DNA of 63,126 nucleotides, counting the filler, from Craspedostauros australis (lineage: Eukaryota): the NCBI GenBank assembly GCA_030167865.1. It is 7 parts of 7 records of this genome, joined end to end, with 100 filler letters (N's around TTAATTAATTAA, not from the genome) between each part and the next. Parts side by side here need not be neighbours in the genome. Positions count along the whole stretch, not along the records: positions 44,991 to 57,478 come from JALAGF010006371.1; positions 57,579 to 63,126 come from JALAGF010006372.1; 5 more parts are not named here. One strand, written 5' to 3'. Position numbers and translations under genes: made by a program. Position 1 is the stretch's first letter. Each line of letters begins with the position of its first letter. Below are positions 55,977 through 63,126 of the stretch, piece after piece. The notes under the pieces are model-generated. The model saw nothing but the letters and a program-made list of their open reading frames with translations. It did no database searches and was not told the DNA's origin.

Positions 55977-56763
55977 CTACCTCCGCTTGGGTGGTCCGCC
56001 GCGTGTGGTGCCGGTCTTTTTGGCCCCAGCCGCCTTGGCACCTGCCTTGGGCGGCGCCTTGGACTTGCCGGGCCTTGGCAGCTTGGTGCCCAGCTTGCGT
56101 TCGAGTTTGGCGATGATCTGCGGGTTGGGAATGGCCTTTCCCGTCTCGTACATGCCCACGACCTGCGGCTTTTCGTTGATGGCCGTCGCCAAATCCTTCT
56201 GCGTCATTTTCTTAGCCATGCGCGCCTGCATGATGGCCTTCGACAAGGACTTGTCGACCTTGGCGATCTTGCCTACGTCATCGGCCTCCTCCAGCTTGCG
56301 GGCTGACAGGACTCCGCCGGTGTGCGCTGACTTGTTGCCGCCGGAGCCGTATCTGCACGTGAGCGAGGGGAACGGCGAGTGTTCGAGGGGAACAAAAAGA
56401 GAGTTTGGGAGAGAAGTGGAGAATTCCGTGTGAGTCGTTCTGTCTAATGGCCACACACGGAAGGAGGGCGAGAGAGAGAGAGAGAGCTTTGAGGCATCCA
56501 CAAACGCCCACTCCACAATGTACGGATACCCCCACGATGCATTCTCAATGCATGGTTCCTGAACAGCATGCTCCCATGAAGTCCACGAACGCCATGATAG
56601 GCACGATAGGCACTGACCTTCTCTCGGTTGCGACCTTTCCAGATGCCTTGGCGAAGTCCAGCGCGCGGGCGTTCTTGGGAACGGCATTCTTCTTCACGCT
56701 GGCACGTCCCACATTGACATCTCCCCAGTCCTGCTGGAATGCGACATTCGTTCCTGTTGGCAT
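55977..56763 (-). CDS. MBF1: Multiprotein bridging factor 1 (173 aa); exons 56763-56618 and 56352-55977
   Basis: QDWGDVNV..VATERR|YGSGGNK..ARKLEE..KAIMQARMAKKMTQKDLATAINEKPQVVGMYETGKAIPNPQIIAKLERKLG (HTH). GTCAGT/TGCAG splice sites. Confidence 0.95.
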
Positions 56764-56781
56764 GATTGCTGTTGTTGCTGA

Positions 56782-56782
<1 letters not shown>

Positions 56783-56826
<44 letters not shown>
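56783..56826 (-). repeat. (GCAACA)7 hexamer repeat in the MBF1 5' leader
   Basis: gctgtt repeats read directly on the plus strand. Confidence 0.9.
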
Positions 56827-57522
56827 GGAGGGTGGTGTTGTTTGTTGGTTGGTTGACTTGTTGCGTCGGATGTGAGAATGTGCAGATCCCCACGATCGAT
56901 GCACCGATCTGTTTCGTCGTCGTTGGCAACAGCGACACAGAACAACATGGTACGCGGCGTTGGTGTCGTCGTTGTTCCTCTCGCATTGATCAAAAATCGA
57001 AAAGACTTGGAGCTTCGCTGCCCTTCTTCTGGTCATCCAATCATTTCTCGCCTTTCCAGTCTTGTTTTGTGAGGTCCACGTTTGCAACCAAATTCAACGG
57101 ATGAAGGGCAGAATATGATTTTAATCCAAATAGTCAATATAGTCCAACGATTCGTCTGCTTCAAGATGATGTCACGGGGAGTTGTCGGAAAAGGAGAAAA
57201 GCTTACTTTTTATGTCGGAATTGGCAAGACTAGGTACTTGATTAGACATAAATATGTGATGTGCACCCATCATGGTACTTTGTTTGTTCCTACTACTATT
57301 GAGTACTTAGTTAGTTCTCTCCTTTGTGTTTCTGTTTCTGTTGTTTTCGTTGTTTTTTGGTGTTTGTTTTGGTTTTGTTCGTACTGTTGTCGTTATTCTG
57401 TGTGATCTACTCTGGGGAGTAGTGCTCTCTGTCTGTGATTTCTGTGTGCTTTGCTGCTTCTCGTGTGATGTTTCTGGTNNNNNNNNNNNNNNNNNNNNNN
57501 NNNNNNNNNNNNNNNNNNNNNN

Positions 57523-57534
57523 TTAATTAATTAA
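57523..57534. other. Artificial scaffold linker TTAATTAATTAA
   Basis: Same 12-mer within N runs. Confidence 0.97.
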
Positions 57535-57578
57535 NNNNNNNNNNNNNNNNNNNNNNNNNNNNNNNNNNNNNNNNNNNN

Positions 57579-58251
57579 AAACGCAAGCCAGGCGAATTCG
57601 GTGCCCATTCCAATGGGGATTCCGGGCTCTTCTCTTCCATGGTCTCCGCCAAAAAATGACGGCACCCAGCGCACGGCCGCCACCTCCAATTCATCGACCA
57701 GCAACCACGGCAACCAGGACTCCACCAACTCCCTTTCCAAGGAATCCAACCACAGCAATGTGGACATGGACATGGACATGGACATGGACGGTGAGGATCC
57801 ACCTTCCGCCAAAGACCCAGCGTCAACGTACATCTCCACATCCGCCATCCTCCTCAACGAGACCAACGACACCAACGAGGACATGCTCACCCAGCTCGTC
57901 TCGCGCACCAACTCCATCGAAATATCCATCACTCCCATGACTCCCACAACTGATCTGACGCAAACCATCAATCAAGATCCACAAGTCAAGCAGCTCACGC
58001 GAAAAGAATCCATCAGACCCTCCAAGGGATCCAGCAACCATCTCGATCTGAAGAACGTGGTCGAGCAGGACGCCGGCAACACCACAAGCATGCATTACGT
58101 CGACATTGAGGCACAGACGGCCACCACCACCACAACGCCGACGATGCAGGAACCAGAACGGACCAAGAGCAACATCATGGTCCCCGTCGTCATCGCGGCT
58201 GTCCTCATCATCGGCGGTGGCATCGCAGCAGGTGTCGTGCTGGCTGGCTGA
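57579..58251 (+). CDS. Low-complexity S/T/N/D-rich protein ending in one transmembrane helix (5' partial)
   Basis: Coding-like C-ending codons, (GACATG)n repeat giving DMDMDMDMD, and IMVPVVIAAVLIIGGGIAAGVVLAG followed immediately by TGA. Confidence 0.55.
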
Positions 58252-58548
58252 AACATCAGTTTTGTTTTGCGACTCTCGCTGCCGACGCCTCTGACTTTCG
58301 TTGACCGCAAGTCAAGCATGCCGATCGTCGGAGATAGAGTATTCCAAATAGTAGTATCGTATTATAGTATCATCGTGACTCTCTCTGCTTTGTTTGGTGT
58401 TGACGTTGTGTGGTTTCTCGTCGTTGCCGTTTTGTGGTCTTTGCAGGAACACGCACGGGCATGGACATACTCGACTCGCTTGCAGTCAGTGGAGATAGAC
58501 GAGAGTAGTTGTCCTACAGTTGTTTAAGGTGATACGGCATCGCATCAA

Positions 58549-59955
58549 TCATTGACACACCTTTCTTTGNTTTGTGGACACCGAGCGCCAATCAGAAGCT
58601 CCGTCGCTGCGGCGAGATTTCTTCTGCCGTTGCTCATCGGCACGACGATCGTCCCATGTCTGTTTCAACATATCACTGCACTGCAGCAGAATGTGAAAAG
58701 TCTCGTTCGTGGAACCCATTGGATCAAGTCTACTCCGACGTTTGTTTGTTCTCATCAGCACCTCCCCAAACAGGGCCAGCGGCCGCGACCATGTCGGAAG
58801 GGAACCCAGCATTGCTCTCACCATGTTCCGCCGCAAGGTACGTTCAACAAGTACATTGTACACATGGCCATGTTCGCCAGGCGGGAGTAGATAAATATCG
58901 AGATAGGTGAGTTGGGTAGTCTGCTCCAAGGCTTGCTGAAGTGCTTCCGTTTGTGCCGAGAGGGTCTCAGGTGGAACTTCAAACATGCCAGGACCCCCAA
59001 AGGCAGAGTATCCGAGAGATGACAAGCTCTTGTTTCCCAGGAGCGATATCAATGCATCGAGCCTTGTATCCTGCTCTTGCGGTGGTGACCCGAACCAATG
59101 ATTGGACACTTTGAGCTTCTTCAGGTGTGATGCATCTGAAAGGAGTTGGATGATCTGGTCGATTTCTTGTCGTGAGTAGGTTCGTTGTTCGATGTAGTTC
59201 CCACAGAAATTGATGTGGAGCTTGTTGATGCGCTTGTTTGACTGGAATAGCTTTGCCAAGCTATCACAAGTGATATAGGTGCGGAAAAAGGATACTTCGG
59301 TGATGCTGCAATTGTTTGGAGACAGCCATCTGCACAAATCAGCGCCACCATTGGCGAGCTTGCAGGAATCAAACTTAACCCACTTCGAGTTTTGAGAGAT
59401 GTTGAACATGAGCTTGTCGCAATCAACAAGATCACAATGCCGCAAATTTACACAATGTGTCACAAGAGGGATATCGTGGAGCTGCTTCATCTCCACGAAG
59501 CATTGAGGCAAGTGGATGCCTTCGTCGGATGAAGATTCGGGTGGGTGTTCGACAGCCAATCGAAGTACGAAGCGAATCGCTTGCTTGTCTTCTTCTCCCA
59601 ATTGGTCATAGGTGCTGAAGTCCAGATGCAGGGATCGAATGCGCATCTGCCCGCAGCTCTGGAGCAACGAATCGCTCAGTAGAACATGAGGTGATAAAGC
59701 AACGTGCTTGTGCTGCCGCTGCATCGATTCCAAGTCATGAAAAGTGAATCCTGCTTCGATGGCCATATCCCAGTATTCCATCCGCTTGGGTGTGATACTG
59801 TAGCAGTCGATCTGCTCTACGTGTGGGCACTGCGTGTTGAATGGGGTCTTTCGTGGCAGCTCTTTTCCATGGAGTTGTTTCCAGAAAGTCTTGAAGTTTG
59901 GATCATGGTTGGTGTTGGTTTTGGTGTTGGCGACAGCATCCATGTTACGGTTCAT
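58549..59955 (-). CDS. RNI-like (cytosolic) leucine-rich-repeat protein, diatom-expanded type
   Basis: IRSLHLDF, SITEVSF, INKLHINF, LKKLKVSN, LQQALEQTTQLTYLDI and the tail LRRN..R.ML..PLALFGEVL.R..TFHILL. First in-frame ATG at 59955. Confidence 0.65.
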   Translation of the reverse strand: MNRNMDAVANTKTNTNHDPNFKTFWKQLHGKELPRKTPFNTQCPHVEQIDCYSITPKRMEYWDMAIEAGFTFHDLESMQRQHKHVALSPHVLLSDSLLQSCGQMRIRSLHLDFSTYDQLGEEDKQAIRFVLRLAVEHPPESSSDEGIHLPQCFVEMKQLHDIPLVTHCVNLRHCDLVDCDKLMFNISQNSKWVKFDSCKLANGGADLCRWLSPNNCSITEVSFFRTYITCDSLAKLFQSNKRINKLHINFCGNYIEQRTYSRQEIDQIIQLLSDASHLKKLKVSNHWFGSPPQEQDTRLDALISLLGNKSLSSLGYSAFGGPGMFEVPPETLSAQTEALQQALEQTTQLTYLDIYLLPPGEHGHVYNVLVERTLRRNMVRAMLGSLPTWSRPLALFGEVLMRTNKRRSRLDPMGSTNETFHILLQCSDMLKQTWDDRRADEQRQKKSRRSDGASDWRSVSTXQRKVCQ

Positions 59956-60678
59956 CCTTTTCTTAATGTCGCTGTGGTTGCTGTGTTTACTGCTGGTGAT
60001 TGTTGTTGATTGTTGCTGTTGGTGGTACAATCGTACGAGTAGAGGAGGCAGAACAGGCAGAGTATGTGGTCCCAGATCAGTTGCGCTTGGATGGCGATTA
60101 TGATCTCATCTGCTCAAGTTTGCTATCCTCCATTTCATGATCCTCTGCATTGATCATGAAGCAACGTGCCGCCAACCAACACGCCTGCATGGACTTGCGC
60201 AGTTCCACCATGGCATGCTACGACCGTGGACAGCCACATCATGATTCGAAGCTGGCTAGCTTGCTCGCTCGCTCGCACGATGCGACTTTCGATTGTGCCC
60301 GACTTGGCCACGTTGCGGAGTTGCGCTTCTTCATGTGATACCATTGTTTGTGTAATCTGAGAAGGCACATCCCTCTGTGATGGTCTTGGGGGAGTCAACC
60401 GCGATACTGCTCCAATCGATACAGTTCTTCGGGAGTTGGATGTCATCGAACGACTCCGATGGGCTGATCCACGACGCGAAGAACCCACCACGATGACTTC
60501 TTCGGTGGACATCAGCAAGGCACGGGAAATCCGCTGAAACTGGCGTCTGGACGTGTTCGGTCAGTCCCCGATTCAATCGTGTTTACGACAAAATACCTTT
60601 GGTCGGCAGGTTCAATCCCACGCTGTCGATCTGTAGATAAACCGTTTATTTGACGTTATGTGCGTTATTCAGCGATCG

Positions 60679-60734
60679 AGTACTTTCAACGTTTGTTGAG
60701 TACTTTCAACGTTTGTTCAGTACTTTCAACGTTT
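60679..60734 (+). repeat. Three tandem copies of a 20-bp unit AGTACTTTCAACGTTTGTT(G/C)
   Basis: Read directly; the third copy is partial. Confidence 0.92.
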
Positions 60735-62200
60735 CCCACCAGACACCACAACAACCACAACTCGCAGAGAGTTCGCTTTGGTGGAGAGTCGAGTGCTCGG
60801 CTTTGCACCACACTCACTTGGGCAAGAAAAGACCGTCACCAAGACGCCCCATACAACAACACAATGGGAAACAAACCAGACTCCGCAAAGACCGTCGAAA
60901 GCCATGGACGGCATTGTACCAACCATCAGTCCATTGCCAGATCCAAGCATACAGACGCAACCGCCATGAAAATCTTGGTGGATGGGCAAGAGGGCGCTAT
61001 TGGCATGGCTCATTTCCGACAGCGGGAGCGAAAACAGCGAAGGGCGTAAAAAGNTGGCAATTTTGCAAGTTGGGCACGGGCTGTGCATTGGCGATACAAG
61101 CCATTCCGTCAACCATCGATGGGCAAGACGCATTGAAGAGATCAAGGTGAAGGCTCCTACAAGGTTTGAGGTTGAAGGACTGCCTGGAAGGGGCCGATGG
61201 GGAGGAACGAGTGAAGGGCAATTGGTGTTCGAGGGTTGCTGCAGCACCCAACACATGGCTTTGCTGGTGTGGTGGTGCATCTGAATATCCACCACATCGC
61301 CAACCCACCCACATAAGGTGTGTTCAACATCAAGTCAGGAATGGGGTGGAGAAGTGGGGATCGGTTATATTGAGCGGAAGAGGTTGAAATCAAGCAAATG
61401 TGGCAGTCAATTTTTTTTTATACAAAGAAAACTGACAAAGGCGCCAGCGTCGGGGCGGATAAAAATCCGGAGATCCATCTTGAGGCATTTTGGATGCATC
61501 AACGTGTACTCAATGAATCATGGGTCGAGGTGTACTGCATGGGGGAACAGAGATGGTTGTGAGTGGGAGATATGGTCAGATGAAGCAGCTGCCTCCGACC
61601 CATCCTTCATTTCCAAAAATGATGCCTTTCAGCGATGGGCTGACGATGTGCATTGAAGGGAGATCTAAACGTGCATGCCTGTCAGGGATGCATACATATG
61701 GAGTAGATGGAGACAACAAGGCATGCAGGTGGACAAAATAAGATGATTTTGGGCATCATCTTGGATGGCGAAGTGATGGCAGCATGGCACCATCCAGAGT
61801 TTTTGCGGAGCACACGGTCACACGTTATCCACCAAAATGATGTTACATTGTAAGTTAATTTGCATTTAAGTTCAGTATTCCTGTACTTCGCCAGTGAGGC
61901 GTTCGCATGGTATATTTATTTTTAATAATTAGTGATGTGGTGTTGCGATACAGCATCATGAGCATTATTTGGGATGGATTGCAATTTTGCTCTAGGCTAG
62001 GCTATGCAACACGAAAAATCCCACACTGAGGAGCCAAAAACTCTACAACTGGTGCTATCGGTTTGTAGAGTGAGTGTGGTGCATCGTACTCTCCTCTGCT
62101 TCACTCTACCATCAAACAAAAGATAAATACATAGCTACGTGAAAAGGGTGATGCTGCATTGATTGATATAACCTATTTCGCTACTACACCGTTATCAGCT

Positions 62201-62698
62201 TCACCTCTTTGATCGCTTCTTCTCCTTCTTGCGTTGCTGCCAATACAAAGACTCGTACTTTGATCTTTTCGCCGCGTGAAAGTGTTTCCGAAATTGATCC
62301 ATCGGGAACACCTGATAGCACCCTCGCATGTCATGAAGTTGCCTTGATGTATAGTTCTTCAATGCCTCATCCTGCATATCTTGCTTGAGCTTCCGTTGTG
62401 CTTCCGATCCATCCCATCTCAGCTTCGTTGTCTGCGGTGGTGTAATGTGCATACGTTCAAACGCTTGGAGCGCTTTGTCGGCTTCGTCCGCATCTTGCTT
62501 GTACTTTTTCCATTTCTTCCGAAGTCGATTCAAGTTGTTTCGGAAGTTGACGTAGTTGATGCTGCCAAACTCAGCACGACCTTCGTAGATTTGTTTGGGT
62601 GTCATGCCGGGTGTGATAGCTCCCATTTTCAGGTCCTCCTCCAGCACCTTTTTGGCATCGGCCCATTTCATTTTGCTTTTTGGTGTTGGTGTTGCCAT
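62201..62698 (-). CDS. Small basic protein (165 aa) with two internal W..A...L..D...P/S.Q....R..F/Y.....FR repeats; putative DNA-binding
   Basis: KWADAKKVLEEDL..TPKQIYEGRAEF..VNFRNNL and RWDGSEAQRKLKQDM..TSRQLHDMRGCY..DQFRKHF. K/R-rich NLS-like tail. ATG follows a CA-rich leader. Confidence 0.7.
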   Translation of the reverse strand: MATPTPKSKMKWADAKKVLEEDLKMGAITPGMTPKQIYEGRAEFGSINYVNFRNNLNRLRKKWKKYKQDADEADKALQAFERMHITPPQTTKLRWDGSEAQRKLKQDMQDEALKNYTSRQLHDMRGCYQVFPMDQFRKHFHAAKRSKYESLYWQQRKKEKKRSKR

Positions 62699-63126
62699 GT
62701 TGTTATGCTGGCACCTTCTGTTGTAGGTATTGTGTGCTACCCTCGACGCAGATGGCACTCGAATTGGCACGGTCGTATTTGCTCATACTACGCATTTGCC
62801 ATTGCCGTCGCACTTATCCACTTTCGCGCCATTGGTTCCGTTTATAGCCGTTTGCCATGACTCTTCGCACATGGTAGGATTGATTTAAATCTGGTGGTTG
62901 CCGTTGCTTGCCCAAAGATGGTGCGATCACCATTGTGGTTGGCACTGTTGCTGTTTGTGTAGGTTCTACTCCTGATCTTGCTAGATGGCCAAGGCAAATT
63001 GCTTCTTTCGTGGATCGTGTAGACGTTTGGACGACGACGAAAATGGAGGGGGTTCGCCAAACTGAGGCTCACAACATCCGACTCCCACAAAATCACAAGA
63101 GCCCGCGCACCGAAACCACACTCACG

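Noticed and set aside
6587..57578. Six identical TTAATTAATTAA motifs spaced through the window
   Set aside because: Each is centred in an N run and has stops in all six frames. These are artificial concatenation linkers, so gene neighbourhoods across them are meaningless.
60679..60734. CRISPR-like direct repeats
   Set aside because: Units are head-to-tail without spacers, the context is eukaryotic, and no cas genes are present. The same applies to the 11-bp repeat at 8132.

Overview
Eukaryotic draft-assembly sequence, most likely a diatom. This is inferred from GT-AG introns, diatom-type LRR, PPR and STAND-ATPase families, CoDi-like Copia and Ambal-like LINE elements. The window is not one locus. 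It is seven scaffolds joined by artificial N-TTAATTAATTAA-N linkers (about 1-6586, 6687-12833, 12934-18528, 18629-40756, 40857-44890, 44991-57478, 57579-63126). Several ~50-N internal gaps have overlapping, duplicated flanks. Bases ~2.6-19 kb are mostly decayed, nested LINE and Copia remnants with CpG-type mutations. Bases 19-36.4 kb are a gene island: two LRR membrane proteins, a TPT-family transporter, a PPR protein, COX7a-like, COX20-like and DLST. A young-looking APE-type LINE follows, with an AUG-less ORF2. Scaffolds 5 and 6 overlap and can be joined, which reveals a Copia element followed by two tandem ~1500-aa STAND (AAA_16/COG3899-type) NTPase plus helical-repeat genes. The pair is near-identical over the NTPase core but diverged in the C-terminal putative sensor, an NLR-like pattern and the best candidate for an undescribed system. 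MBF1, an RNI-like LRR protein and a small two-repeat basic protein close the window. No rRNA, tRNA or CRISPR was recognised. All family calls come from motif recognition by eye, not database searches.
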